From the NCBI GenBank assembly GCA_050613775.1, contig JBODTK010000014.1, forward strand, positions 682,001-746,000: DNA of 64,000 nucleotides, read 5' to 3'. Positions 37,761 to 64,000 of the stretch are shown here, in pieces. Under the pieces are notes generated by a model. It did not search any database. It saw nothing but the letters and a program-made list of their open reading frames with translations, and was not told the origin of the DNA. The number at the start of each line of letters is the position of its first letter. The first letter of the stretch is position 1. The translations under genes were made by a program, and so were the position numbers. Source of the stretch: Neocallimastix sp. 'constans' (taxonomy: Eukaryota).

Positions 37761-38695
37761 ATCACGGATGAAAAATCAACCATGGTTGTCAATAGATGCT
37801 CCATAATGGTGAGAACCTGGATGAAATATCTTTTTCATACTGAACAATAAATTACAAATTGATAACAATGAAAGTACTACAAACTAAAATACTGCTAATA
37901 ACTATAAAAAATAAATATTACTATAAAATGTTTAAAAAAAATAAATATATATATATATATATATAAATAAATTTTGAAAAATAAAAAAATAATTATCAGA
38001 ATATATATGTTATTTTTTTCATCTCTCTTTTTTCTTCTTTTTGCATTCTCAAAATATTTAAACAAGATAACTGACATGAGTTTAAATAATACTATAGAAA
38101 AATACATATTCAAAATAATGCTAAAGTTTAAAAATACAAAAGATTTATTATAATATATACTAATAAATAAGTAAAAAAATAATATTAAATATATATTTGT
38201 ATATTGATATATTTCAGTCATAAAAGCAACATCATCGACAAAAAAGATGAACATCCTAAATACATTAGAAATTGGAGGATCTCCACAATAAAAAGGACAA
38301 GTTATTATTCTTTTGAGAAATCCTTGTTTTTTCATTTATAATACTTTAACAATAATTTAATATATTTAATGAACTTCTACTTTGTAATATAATTTTTTTT
38401 TTTTGAAAAATATATATATATATGATATTATATTATAATTATTCAATAACAGTATAAATATAAATATAATGTTAAAATATTGTAATCAATCATTGTAAAT
38501 GTAATAAATTAATACATAAATATATATCAATAATCTAGAAATGAAAGTTATAAAATAATAATTAAATGTATATATATATATATTTCTATAAAACTTATAC
38601 ACATATTTTTAGGTGATACGAAATAAATTATGATTTATATAAAAATACGATTATGTTAAAATGATCGATTTTTTTTTTTTTTTTTTTTTATTATC

Positions 38696-38836
<141 letters not shown>

Positions 38837-38851
38837 TTAAAATATAATCTA

Positions 38852-38941
<90 letters not shown>

Positions 38942-39623
38942 AAAAAAAGGTTAGATAATTAAAATAAACAAATAAACATTTTTATTTCAAATTAACCTTT
39001 TAATTATATATTTAATTACTCCACATATAATAAAATCTTATATATATATATTTACTAGTTACATAAATTTATGAATGATAATTCAACAATTATAACAAAA
39101 TAAAATAAAAGAAAAAAGGATAAAATTACTTAATAATAATACATATATATTATAGTTAAAAGGTATTATAATAATTATTATTAATTAATAAAGTAAATAA
39201 TAAAAGCATTACTATAATTATTAGAATTATAGTAATAATTTTATTATTATAATTATTATTTTAATTTATTTACTATACAAAATATAGTAAATTTTTATTT
39301 ATTTATATTTTTATATAAAAAATATATATAATTAAAAATAATTGACTTATGTTACTAATTTAACTTTTAAAGTATTGTTATTCCTATGCAATTTTTTTTT
39401 TTTTTACTATACATATTATTGAATTATTAATTTTAATACTACTGTACTATAGAAATATTTTTAGTATATAATGACATATGAAAAATATATAATGAATGTC
39501 CTCCTATATAATTATTTAATAACAGAAAATATTTTTTTTTTTTTAAAAAGAGAAGCGGATAAAAAATAAAATTCTATTAATATAATTTAATAGATGAAAT
39601 TTAATTAATTCTATAATTATTAC

Positions 39624-39715
<92 letters not shown>

Positions 39716-39867
39716 TTTTCGTTAAATGAATCTTTTAAATAAGAAATATTTTTTATTTCTTTTTCTTTTTTTTTTTTTTTTTTTTTTTATTTTATTATTT
39801 TAAGTAATTAATCTTTAGGGTTAGTTATATTTTAAATATTATTAATATATAATATAGTTTTAATTAT

Positions 39868-39915
<48 letters not shown>

Positions 39916-40571
39916 ATTGAACAACGCTGTAGTATTGTACACTAGTTTTTAAATAATTATATTCTATATTTTAATTTTTTTTATTTTATTTTATTTTTAA
40001 TATAACTTTTATTTTTTTTTATAAGGTTTACTTATTAAATGTGAATTTTTTTTTTTTTTTTTTTTATAAATGAACATTTTAACTATATAATATTACATTT
40101 AATTTCAAAAGAAATTATATAAGCCATACTAAAATATTAAAACTTTTTTAAAAGTTTTAACGTATTTTGTAAATAATTATTATTTTAAGCTTTTAATGTT
40201 TCTCCTATAATTTAATTATATATAGATATAATATATATATTTATATTTATAAAATTTCGTTTTTTTTTTTTTTTTTTTTTTTGTATAATATATTTGTATT
40301 TATATATTTGGTAAAATTATAGACAATATTTTTTTTTATATATATTTTATTTTTTTTATAAGATCTCTTATATGATAGTATTCATTCAATTTTTGTTTCA
40401 ATAATTACAGTGTTACATCTATTTCAACAAGCCTCAGTAAGATCTTTTTGTTAATATATATATGGTAATTATCAGAAATTATTGCAAAAGGTTATATTGT
40501 AAATCGATTATTTCATTTTTTATAAAATAAATTTAATATATTATATATATATAAATTAATAATAATGAATA

Positions 40572-40670
40572 AGAAATAAGAAATAAGAAATAAGAAATAA
40601 GAAATAAGAAATAAGAAATAAGAAATAAGAAATAAGAAATAAGAAATAAGAAATAAGAAATAAGAAATAA
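40572..40670. repeat. (AAGAAAT)n heptamer microsatellite
   Basis: About 14 perfect copies. Confidence 0.9.
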
Positions 40671-43600
40671 TTGAATAATTGAATAATAAATAATAATAAA
40701 TAATAAATAATTAAAAAATAATAAATAATAAATAATAAATAAGTAGATAAATAAATAAATAATTAATTAATTAATTAAATATAATAAAATAAACTTTAAT
40801 TAAAACAAAAAATTTAAAAAAGTGAAAAAATAGTTTAAAAATAGTGTAATTAATTAATATATGATTTTATATTAAAATTATATATTATAAATATAAAGAA
40901 ATTTCAATTAAATTTTTTTTTTAAAATTTAAAAATTAAAAAAAAAAATTTTAATTATTAAATTATTATTTTTATTTTTAATTTAAATTTTTTTTTTTATT
41001 TTTTTTATTTATAATTAATAAAAATAAAAAAAAAAAATAAATTGAATTTTTTAATTATTATTATTATTATTATATTATTTGTTATTTTATTATTATACTT
41101 TCTTTTAGATAATAACATTTTAATTTAAAAAAAATAATAAAAGAGCTATGTAATTAATAATAATAATAATAAAAATAATAATCAATAAAAATTAATCTTT
41201 ATTTTTTTTATTTTTTTTGGTTAATTCATCTTTTAATATAAATAGTTTAAAAAAAAAAAAAAAAAAGCAATAAACTCTAAAAATTAATTATTATAATATT
41301 ATATAGAATTATTAAACGTTGTAGAACTATCATATACATTAGATTGATAAAATAAAGTTATGAAAAAAAAAAAAAAAAAAGTATATTATTTTGTTATTTG
41401 AATAATAATTTTTAAAAAAGTAGTTAATATAAATATATAAATAAAAAAAAAAAAAAAAAAGATTTCTTATGAAATACATAAAAATTTTTAGCTACTATTA
41501 TTTCTAAATTATATACGTAAAAAATAATTAAATATAAAAAGTCTTATGTTATTTTATGAAATGATTATAATTTTTATATTTTTATAGTTTATGGTTATTG
41601 AATATACCTTTCTAAATTTTATATATTCCATAGAGTTATTATATCAATTATAAACATTTATAGAATTTATATAGAAAATAGAGTTTAATTTAACAAAATA
41701 ATAATAATAATTATAATTATAATATTGATATAATACATAATAGTAAAAAGTTTTTTTTTTTTTTTTTAAAATAAAAAAAAAAAGCGAATTGAAATAGATA
41801 TAACAATTTGAATTTATATGAAGGTGTAATATTTAATCAATCATTATACTACTTAATATAGATTAATCATGCTAAATGTTAACCTTTTTGTCTTATTTTT
41901 TCTTTATTTATCATTATTATTTTTTCTTTTTCATCTATCTTTTTTTTTATTAAATTAGTTATAATTAAAATAAATAAGTTTTTTATTTTATATTTATTTT
42001 ATTTTTTATTTTTATTATATATATATGTATTTATTAATATTTATTTTATAAAATAAAATAAAAAAACTTAAATAGTTAAAATAATAATTAATAAGTATAT
42101 TTTTTTTTTATAAATAATTAATAAGTTAATTTAATTTATTTTATTTTATTAAATCTGTACTTATATTTATATTTCTATTATTTATTTTATTTTATTTTAT
42201 TTTTATTATATCTTAACTTTTATTTAATTTTATTCTTAATGAATATAAAGTTTTTTTTGTTTTTTTTTTAATCTTCAATTACATTCTTTTTTTTTCTATT
42301 ATATTTTCATATTTTCATATATAATATGTATTATAGAAAACAAAAAGTTTTATATAGTTTAAATAAATTATTATTATAAATTATAATTATTTAATAGTAT
42401 TGTCAATTAAAAAATAACAAACTTTAAAAAATAATTTATTAATTTATTCTGTAAAAAAAAAAATAAAAAAATAAAAAGTAAAAAATAAAATAATTAAAAA
42501 AAAAAAAAAAAAAAAAAATAACAAATTTAAATAAATTAAATAACAAATAATTTAATAAATAAATAAATAACTATAGTAATAATAAATAAATAATAAAATA
42601 AATATATAATTATATAATTAAATAGATAAATATATAATATACAATACATCAAATTTATTTTATTATTAAATAATAATCTATTTTTATTTTTAATTATTAA
42701 TTATTATTATTATTTATTAATTATAATTTATTATTTATTAATTATTGTTAATTATTAATTAATAATAATAATATTATCAGAATTATTAAAATTTTTCTTT
42801 TTCCACTACCTTTTTTTTTTATTTTTCTAATTTTATTTTTATATTAAAAAAAAAAAAAAGTGGTTGCTTAATAAATTCTTAGTATGAATATTAATATATA
42901 TATTTAGATATTTTAATAATAAGAATCTATATATGGTACACACTTATTCTTATTATGAAAGTAAAATATATATAATTAATGTTAATAAAAAAAAATAAAT
43001 AAAATCAATTTCAAATTTGATTTAGGTAATTTATATATTTTAATAGAATGAACCAAAAACTTTTTACATTATATTTTGTATGGATAAATAAAAAGGAGTA
43101 TTTAAATATATCTCTATATAAAAGTGAGGGAGGATAATATATATACATAGAATAACAAAAGATAATGAAAAAGAAAAAAAAAAAAAGTTTTTATTCATTA
43201 TAACCAAATTTTATATTTCCATATAAATTCCATAATAAAACAATTAAAAGTTTTGTTTTATATATAAGAATATTGGGAAAATAATAGAGTTAAACAACAA
43301 ATTGTGCTTTTTTTAAGGAAGAAATATATTTTATTTTTATGTTGTAAACAATATATAATTCTTTTAAAATTTAATATAAAAGTTTGTGGATATAAATATA
43401 TATATATATTTAAAATTATATATTAATATGAGATTTTAATGTTTGAATCATCAAACAATATATTAAATATTAATATAAAAATAATTATGATTATGATATA
43501 GATTTTTATATTTTTTTTAAAAAAAAATATTCGTATAAATATCTATATTTCATATCATATTAATATGTTCTATTTAATATTAATATTTTAAAAAATAAAT

Positions 43601-43893
43601 TATGGATTATTAAAAAAGAATATCATATAACAATAAAAATATATATAATTATTTTCTGTATATTCCACATATTCTATTTTACTATTATTATTGAATTAAT
43701 TATAAAATTAATAAATAGATAAATAAATAATTTTCTATATATAAGAAAAACGTGTTGAATACGCTGAATATTATATATTTTGTATTATAATTTATTATTA
43801 TTATTATACAAAATATTTTATTTCAAATAAAGCAAACGAACTATTATAACAACATCCTCTTATTTTTTATATATAATATATATTGTTTTTGAA

Positions 43894-43963
<70 letters not shown>

Positions 43964-45038
43964 AACCAATCTGTAATTTTATTTACTTTCAAATAAATAT
44001 ACATTTAATTATATTCTATTTTAGGTTCTATTGTGAAAAGAAGTTCTTTATTTATTTAGATATTTATTTAGATATTAATTAATTTAAATCTTGCAAATAA
44101 TTATAGAAAAACAAAAAAAAAAACAAAAAAAAAAACAAAAAAAAATATTATTTATTATTCAGGTATTAAACTTATATATATAGTAATAAATAAAAATTTA
44201 TTTGTAGATATATTATATTGTTTTTTTAAGAGATTAAAAAAAAAGTTTATACAGTAACAATAATATTATTTTGAAGAGTAAATAAAAGTGTAAAATAATA
44301 ATAAAAAGTAAAAAGAAAGAAAGAAAGAGGAAAAGGAAGAAAGAAAACACGAAATATCATATTTATATATATATATATATTTTTTATTTTATATCAAAAT
44401 TAATCAAATTAAATAACAGTAAAAATAAAAATATTAAACATAAAAAAAAAGAAAACCTCCCATTAACATTACATTATATGACACCTATGATTTTCATAAC
44501 CCTATTCCTTTCTTTATATTATATATTATTTTATAAAATATTTAAATTAAAATATCTTAACAAAAAAATAAAAATAAAAGTAAAACAAAACAAAATAAAG
44601 CAAACATAATATATATATATACATATATATAAACACGTCATATAAAACCCTAAAAATAATAAAAAAATATAGTAAAATAAATTTTATATTATTAGTTTCC
44701 CTATTAAAACATGAATATATATTTTGATTCTTCAAGAATTGTATCCCTTTTTTTAAAAAAATTTTTTTAAGAAAGTTTATAAAGAAGACACCTCTCAAAT
44801 ATAATAACAATAAGAAAAAAAAAAAAAAAGTGAAATAATTGTTATGGAACATCATAAAAAAAAATTTTTTTTTCTTTTAATAATCATAAACTCTAATTTT
44901 TTTATCATAAAAATTTTAATAATAAAAAAATCTTTCATATATAAAAGGATGATTATCAATTGATAAAAAAAAAACTTAAAAAATAAAAAATAACTAAATA
45001 AACTCAGTTAAGACCAGAATATATATATATAAATGATA

Positions 45039-45069
<31 letters not shown>

Positions 45070-45570
45070 CATATATATAAAATATATTTTTCTTTCCTTC
45101 CTTCAACTTTTTTTTTTTTTATACAAAAATTACTTTTTAGAGTATTATTATACGATTTTTTTTCTTTTTATTTATTTAATAAATATTAATTTTATTTTTA
45201 TTTTTTATAATTTTTATTCTTATATACCTCTGTATACATAATATTTAATATGCTTATTAGATATAGAATTATCGAAATTATTTATTTACAATAAAACGAG
45301 AAACAGAAAAGGGGAAAAATAAAACAAAATTATAATTATTTAATTTTAATAACAACATATATAATACCTATATCCTATTTATTATTAGAATACATTAAAT
45401 CAAGAGAAAATATTAAAATTACTATATCTTATACTTTACTTTTATTTATATAGTTGATCAATACCTTTTAAATATTTTTTTTTTATACAATACAATACAT
45501 ACAAAAGTTTAAAAAAAAAAAATAAATAAAATAAAATAAAATTAAAAAAAAAAAAAAAGTAATATTAATA

Positions 45571-46299
45571 ATGGAAATTAAACATAATATAAAAGATATA
45601 AATGAATTATCAAAATCAAAACTTGATAACGCAAATTGTTGTGATGACGAAGAAACATGTCCAGATGAATCAAAAAATGTTCAACTAGAGCCCTATACTT
45701 TTACTTGGTGTCCTGAAAATTGGGGATTTGTTTATAATGTCTATGTTACAGGGACATTTAGTAATTGGAAATTAAAAGATAAAATGACATATAACTATAA
45801 AACAAAATGTTTTGAATGTACTGTAATGATTAATCCAAAGGTAACTACTAAATTTAAATATGTTGTTGATGGTCGTTGGATTACAGATTCCTGTTACCCA
45901 GTAGTGGATGATGGTTCAAATAATTGTAATAATGTACTCTATGCTCAACTTTTCCCAAGTACTCATGCTAATCCTACTGTTATTATGGTAGATGTTCTTC
46001 AACAATTTGGTTTAGATGGAATTGTTCAAATTGGGTATGGTAGACCTCATACCTGGTCTTTACTGAATAAAGCAGAAGCTATTTATAAAGGTCGTTGGCC
46101 TTGCCTCTTTATTATTATTAGTAAATCTGGAACCCTTTTACCAGAATGTATTGAAAACTTTATTCTTTCTCGTTCTTCCTATCCAAAAGAAAATTTACTA
46201 ATTATGAAAACAGATGAATATCCTCCATTAATAAATTCAAAAGGTTTCCTTGCAGATTTATTTGAAGAATATTGTTTGCCACATGATAATAAAAATTAA
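45571..46299 (+). CDS. CBM48 / AMPK-beta-type glycogen-binding domain protein
   Basis: 242-aa intronless ORF. FTW...VYVTGTFSNW...KFKYVVDGRW..D..YPVVDDGSNNCNNVL is the glycogen-recognition signature. C-terminal ~115 aa not recognised. Confidence 0.9.
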   Translation: MEIKHNIKDINELSKSKLDNANCCDDEETCPDESKNVQLEPYTFTWCPENWGFVYNVYVTGTFSNWKLKDKMTYNYKTKCFECTVMINPKVTTKFKYVVDGRWITDSCYPVVDDGSNNCNNVLYAQLFPSTHANPTVIMVDVLQQFGLDGIVQIGYGRPHTWSLLNKAEAIYKGRWPCLFIIISKSGTLLPECIENFILSRSSYPKENLLIMKTDEYPPLINSKGFLADLFEEYCLPHDNKN

Positions 46300-46501
46300 A
46301 AAAAAAAAAAAAATAAAAAAAGAAAAGAAATGGAATGAAAGAATTAAAAAATAAATAAATAAAAAAAAAATAAAAAAAAAAAAAAATAAAATAAAAAATA
46401 AAAAAAAAAAAAAAAGATAAATAATAAAAAATATATTTTTTTTTAATAATATAAATAAATAAATAATATTAAGAATAAATTACATCCAAATCATTTTCAA
46501 A

Positions 46502-46535
<34 letters not shown>

Positions 46536-47054
46536 TGATGATGATAAATTTATTTAATTTTTTTTTTTTTTTGTTGTTTTTATTGTTGTTGTTGTTGTTT
46601 GTTTTGTTTTGTTTTTAATTTATTATTAATGATCACTATGAGATTTTAAAATAATATAACAATAATTATTAAAAAAAAAAAAAAAAAAAAAAAAAGTAAA
46701 AATCATTTTTTAAATTATTATCTTTAATATTATTATTTCCTTTATTTTCCAAATCAATAAATATAATTTTTTTTTACTTTTTTTATTATAATCATATAAT
46801 AATAATCATAATAATTTATAATTAATATATTCATTTTATTTATAAATTCATAAAAATCTACAATAATAATAAGGAAGAAACAAAACATTTTTATTTTATT
46901 TTATTTTTTAAAAAAAAAAAGATATAAATATATGTATAAGAAAAATTAATACTCTATTTAATGATTAACAATACTACTTACAATAACAATAATAATATCC
47001 TCTCTACTCCATAAATAATTTTACAAGCATAACTTATTTAAAATTAATAATAAC

Positions 47055-47092
<38 letters not shown>

Positions 47093-47177
47093 CTTTATAA
47101 AAATTTTTTTCTTTTTTTAGGGAGGGAATAAAATTTTTTATATATTGTATTTCATTATATATATATATACATATACA

Positions 47178-47231
<54 letters not shown>

Positions 47232-47342
47232 AATATTATAATATTTAATATAAATTTTTTTTAAAAAAAAAAAAAAATTATATATATTTAATAATATCCC
47301 TTTTTTTTATGATTATATAAAATTTATATAATTAGTTAATTA

Positions 47343-47380
<38 letters not shown>

Positions 47381-48479
47381 CATTAATAATAGTTCACTAT
47401 TAGAATTAAAATACAATAGTAGTAAAGCTATTGCAGTTGTTCTGCAATAATAAATAGTAGCATTATATATATTATAATCATTTCTTTTATTATTATTAAG
47501 AATAAAGTTTATTATATTAAAATTTAAAATTTTATGATGCTTTTATTTAGTTAAAGTTCTCAGAATATATGACTTGCATATAATAATGTGTATGATATTA
47601 CATAAAGTCTTAGAATATAAAACTTTTAATTCATGTACTACTAATAAATGGGCATCTTTAAATTAATAAAAATGAAATAAATAAAAATTAAAGATTAGAA
47701 TATCAAAAATAAAATATTAAAATTTAATATTTATTTATAATTATTTATGTATTTAATATTTAAAATTATTATTTTTTGATGTTTCAATGTATTAAATGAA
47801 TAATCCACAATTCATCATCAACAACCATCAACCATCTTCCATAATTCCAATAATTCCAATTAATATTAAAATAGTTAAAATGAATAATTTTTTTTCTATT
47901 TTTTTATTGTTTCCAAAATTAATTATTTTATTAGGTTAGGTTATTTTGTATTACTAAGGAATTTAGATGATTTAATAGGATATTATTTCATATAATTTAT
48001 TTATCAATTATTATTTTATTCATTTAGTAATCTATATATAAAAATAAAATAATTTTTTTTATTTTTTATTATTTCCAAAATTAATTATTTGTTAGAGGTT
48101 AGGTTATTTCATATTATTAAGGAATTTTAATATTTTTTTAATTAAAAAATAAATTATATTTTTTTTTCTCAGTAAATTCATAAATTATTATTTCGAAATT
48201 AAAATCATTATTATACAATATTATTGTTTCGTTATGCTAGTATTGAAACAACAATTATATTATTATATAATTAATATTATTATTTATTAGTTATTACATA
48301 TAATTTATTTATCAATTATTATTTTATTCATTTACTAATCTATATATCATTTTTTTTTATTAATAAAATTTTTAAAAATTTTAAAATTTTAATTTTCGAA
48401 CTTTAATATTATATCAAAAACAAAATTTTTTTTTTAAATTTTTAATTTTTATTATTATTTATTATATTTATTATTATTA

Positions 48480-48524
<45 letters not shown>

Positions 48525-49333
48525 CAATTTATTATTTTTATTTTATTTTATTTAAAAATAAACAAAAAGTTTACAAATATTTAATTAAAATTTTTTTTTA
48601 TTTGATAACTATAATATTATATATTATAAATTATTATATAATATCAATATTAATTTCTTATTATTATTATTTTGTTTTAGATTTTTTTTTTTTTTTTTCA
48701 TTTAAAAATAACAATATAGAGTTGAAACAAAATCAGAAGGAAAAAAGAGAAAAGTAAAAAAAGAATTACTGAAAAATATAAATAAAAGTAATAATTATAT
48801 ATATATATATTTTTTTTTTAAAAAAAAAAAAAACATGATTTGAATGTCATGAAAAAAAAAATTTATATATATATATATATAAATATTTTTTTTTTACATT
48901 TTTTATTTGTTTAAATTTTTATTTTGATAAAGTTATTAGGTGAATTAACAAATTAAAAAAATTAAAGATAAAAAAAAAAAAAAAAAAAAAAGAAAAAAAT
49001 AAAAAAATAAAAAAAAAAAATAATAATAATTATAATAATAAAATATAATTAAACTATATTTTAATATTTTTTTTTTTTGATTTGATTTATAAATTAAAAT
49101 ATTTTTTATTCATAATTAAATAAAAATTAAAAAAAAATATAATCAAAATAAATTTTTAATAAAAAAAAAAAAAATAATAATAATAAAAATTAAAAAAAAA
49201 AAAAAATTAATTTTTAAGTAATAATAATATTTGAAAAATATTATTATATATTTTTATATATGATTAAATAAAAAAAAAAAAAGAAAATAAAGACAAAAAA
49301 AAAAAAAAGAACATTATATATATTGATATCATT

Positions 49334-49347
49334 GTGAGTCACGTCAC
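49334..49347. promoter_or_regulatory. Candidate bZIP site (AP-1/Gcn4-type TGAGTCA overlapping CRE-like ACGTCA)
   Basis: GTGAGTCACGTCAC about 80-90 bp upstream of the predicted ATG at 49424, in an otherwise almost GC-free context. Confidence 0.4.
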
Positions 49348-49423
49348 TTCTTTATTTTTTTTTAAAACAGAAACGGAATAATAACAGATATAGAAAAAAA
49401 AATTATAAAAAAAATAAAAAAAG

Positions 49424-59980
<10,557 letters not shown>

Positions 59981-61250
59981 AGAGAAGAAAATTAATTAAT
60001 TAATTTTTTTTTTTGAACGAAATAAAAAAAAAAAAAAGAAGAGAAAGAAAAAAAAAGTTTGAAGAGAAAGAAACAAATATAAAAATGATGAAAAAACAAA
60101 AAAACAAAAACAAAAACAAAAAAACAAGTCTGAATAGAAAAAAAGAAAAAAATAATATATATATATATTTTAATTTTATTAATTAAAACTCATTATAATT
60201 TATGAATTTATGAATGGTATTTATATATATATATATTTATTTATATATTTATATTATATAATTCTTATATATATATAAATTCCATATAAATTATTTTGAA
60301 TGTCTTAAAGTCTTTTTTATATAATTTATTATTTTATTTTATTTTATTTTATTTCTATTTCTATTTCTATTTCTATTTTTTTTTTTTATTTGAAACTAAT
60401 CCATTAATAAATATTATATATATTTATAATTTTTTTTTTATTATTTTTTAAATAATATAATCCATCCCATATAATTAAATATACAAATTAGCACGAATTC
60501 TAACAATACTTTATTATTTTTCATTAATATAACATCATAAAATATAATTAAAATATAATTAAAAAAAAAAAAAATTAATAATACATTATTATAAAGTGAT
60601 CATAAAATAAATTATTGTCAATAAAATTAAAGTTCTTTATAAAATAATGAATTATTTTTTTTTTTTTATTTTTGTGTTATTTTATATTTTTATATTTTAA
60701 CAATATTTAATTTATTTATTTTATTTCATAATATATATAAAATTAAAATATTAATATATATACATATATATAATTTAAAATGAGAATAAAGGAATGAAGG
60801 AATGAATAAAAACTATTTTTTTTTTTTTTTTATTTTTAAATAATTAAATAATTATATATATATACATAATTATTATATATGTATATATAATTAAAATAAA
60901 TAAATAAATAAATAAAAATAAATAAATAAATAAATAAATATTTTAATTTAATTAGCCCCAAATAGATTATTCTTTTATTTTATTTTTATTTTATTTTTTT
61001 TTATTTTTTACACATATAACAAATAAACTAATAATGTTTCTGGTTTTATATTTAAAAAAATATAAAAGTAAAATAAAAAATAGATAAAAATAAAATTAAA
61101 TATAAAAAAAAATTATTATATATATATAATTTTGAAATATAAATATTTAAATATATGAAAATAATAATATTAATTTTATTTTTAAATAGTAAGAATTAAC
61201 GATATAAGAAATTAACAATATGAGAAATGTAATGGTAATAATAACAACAA

Positions 61251-61284
<34 letters not shown>

Positions 61285-61849
61285 TAAAAAAGGTAATAAA
61301 AAATTAATATAAATTTTTTTTTTTCTTGGATACTTTAATAAATAAAATAAAAATTTATATATAAAAAAGTAGATTTGAATATTTCATTAAATAGATTATA
61401 CTATACTATACTCTAATTAACAATTTGATGAATCTTTTTTTTTTTTTTTTTTTTTTTTTAAATAAGCATCAAACAATTACATATAAATAAAATATTTATT
61501 TATTTATTTATTTAATTAGAATAGATATAAAATTTTTTAATTAATATTTATTTATTTATTTAAATATAAAACATTTTAAATTATTTATTTATTTATTTAA
61601 ATATAAAACATTTTAAATTATTATATATTTATTTAATTAAATATAAAATATTTATTTATTTATTTAATTAAATATGAAATATTTATTTATTTAAATATAA
61701 AACATTATAAATTATTATTTATTTACATATACAATATTTATTTATTTATTTAAGTATAAAATATTTATTTATTTAAAGATTATTTATTTATTTAATTAAA
61801 TATAAAACATTTATTTATTTATTTAAATATAAAATATTTATTTATTTAT

Positions 61850-64000
61850 TATTTATTATTTATTATTTATTATTTATTATTTATTAATAAATACTCTTTT
61901 ATTTATTATTTATTATTTATTATTTATTATTTATTATTTATTAATAAATACTCTTTTTTTTATTATTTATTATTTATTATTTATTATTTATTATTTATTA
62001 ATAAATACTCTTTTTATTATTTATTATTTATTATTTAATTATTTATTAATGAATATTCTTTTTTTATTATTTATTATTTAATATTTAATATTTATTATTT
62101 ATTATTTATTAATAAATACTCTTTTTATTATTTATTATTTATTAATAAATACTCTTTATTATTATTTATTATTTATTATTTATTATTTATTAATAAATAC
62201 TCTTTTTATTATTTATTATTCAATTATTTATTATTTATTGTTTTATTATTGTTTTATTCTATATTTCTGTATTTCTATATTTATTTTTTTTTTTTTCCAT
62301 AATTTCTTCAGTAAATGTAACATAACCTATCATTTCACCATTTACCATTTATGGCTTATGGAAATTGAATGCATAAAAAAGGAGATTAAAATCTTGGTAA
62401 CAATTTTTTTTTTTTTTTTTCAATTTCTATTTGTATTAATCATTTATTTATTTATTTATTCATTCAATTCAATTCAATTCAATTCAATTCAATTCAATTC
62501 AATTCAATTCAATTCAATTAAAATTAAAATTAAAATTTTAAATTATTTTTAATTTTTTTTTTTATATATTTATTCTGTTCATCTTATTTATTCATTTATT
62601 TATTAACATTATTATTTATCTATACATTTATTATTAATATATTTATTATTTATTTATTTACATAATTATTTACTTATTTACATTATTTTTATTTATTCAT
62701 TCGTTCATTAATAAAACTATTTTCATGCTTTTTTTTTTTTTTAAAAAAAAAGAATAAAAAAAATTTTTTTAAAATATTAAATTATCACTTTTATATTATT
62801 CTATTATTTGAATATTATTCTATTATTTGAATATTATTCTATTATTTGAATATTATTCTATTATTTGAATATATTATTCAATTATTTAATTATTTATTAA
62901 TAAATACTCTATTAATTCTTTTTATTATTTACTATTTGAAATATAGTAAATAATTAAATAATAAATAATAAATAATAAATAATAAATAATTAAATAATAG
63001 ATAATAAAAAAATTATTTATTGAATTAATAATTAATAATTAATAATAAATAATAAAAATTTATTATTAAATAATTGAATAATAAATAATTGAATAATAAT
63101 TTAAGATGGATAGTATAAAGATGATACTTAATTATGTATTAAATATATTTTATGGAATATTAAAAATTATATTAAATAGTAATTATTAAATAGGTAATCA
63201 ATAATAATTATATATTTCAATTGAATATTTAATAAATATTTATTAATATTATCTATTCTATTAAATATTGTAAAAAAATAATATTTAACATATTATATAT
63301 AAAGCAATTGCAAATAATATAAAAGAAAGTATAAGATGTAAAATATGAACTACGGTAGATAATGACATGAATCCAAAGTTTAGTATTATTATTGTTAATA
63401 ATAAATAAAGAATTGCGAATCATTAATAATAAACAAACAGTAGACTATGATCAACACATTAAATAAATAATAAATAATTAAATAATTAAATAATTAAATA
63501 ATTAATAATCAATAATCAATAATAAATCATAAATCATAAATAATAAATAGTAGATAATAAATAATAAATAATAAATAATAAATAATAAATAATAATAAAT
63601 AATAAATAATAAAAAAAAGAGTATTTATTAATAAATAATAAATAATTGAATAATAAATAATAAATAATAAATAATAAATAATAAATAATAAATAATAAAT
63701 AATAAATAATAAATAATAAATAATTGAATAATAAATAATAAATAATAAATAATAAATAATAAATAATAAATAGTAAATAATAAATAATAAATAATAAATA
63801 ATAAATAATAAATAATAAATAATAAATAATTGAATAATAAATAATAAATAATTGAATAATAAATAATAAATAATAAATAATTGAATAATAAATAATAAAT
63901 AATAAATAATAAATAATAAATAATAAATAATAAATAATAAATAATAAATAATAAATAATAAATAATAAATAATAAATAATAAATAATTGAATAATAAATA
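61850..64000. repeat. (ATTTATT)n and (AATAAAT)n satellite arms in inverted orientation, same family as 3150-4860
   Basis: ATTTATT array with TTAATAAATACTCTTTTT variants (~61850-62240) and AATAAAT array with AAAAGAGTATTTATTAA (~63540 to window end). Confidence 0.8.

Noticed and set aside
37895..38335. 146-aa - strand ORF
   Set aside because: Mostly AT-rich low complexity with no recognisable domain. The first ~45 codons could be an exon remnant but this is unsupported.

Overview
Extremely AT-rich, intron-containing eukaryotic DNA, most consistent with an anaerobic gut fungus (Neocallimastigomycota). This is inferred from base composition, an SKTLP-repeat secreted protein, an expanded secreted LRR gene and a flagellum-linked Jhy homologue. 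Four host genes are supported: an intronless secreted KTLP-repeat protein (8711-10948 +), a 3-exon secreted LRR protein built from ~7.8 near-identical 510-bp units (28831-33258 -), a CBM48/AMPK-beta-type glycogen-binding protein (45571-46299 +), and a 9-exon low-complexity Jhy-like gene (49424-59980 +). The regions 12.4-28 kb and 35.3-37.8 kb are nests of APE-RT non-LTR retrotransposons plus a Ty1/Copia 3' end. One LINE (22763-27717 -) is full length, has a 14-bp TSD and splits an older LINE. Main finding: the two LINEs whose 5' ends survive both begin with a ~37-nt kink-turn hairpin (CCC-AAU-GA...GA-GGG) whose stem sequences differ but pair the same way. These elements also appear to carry a single ORF with an RRM-like domain fused ahead of APE-RT. 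A 169-bp structured, poly(A)-tailed, TSD-flanked retroposed RNA lies at 2426-2594. All calls were made by eye, with no database searches.
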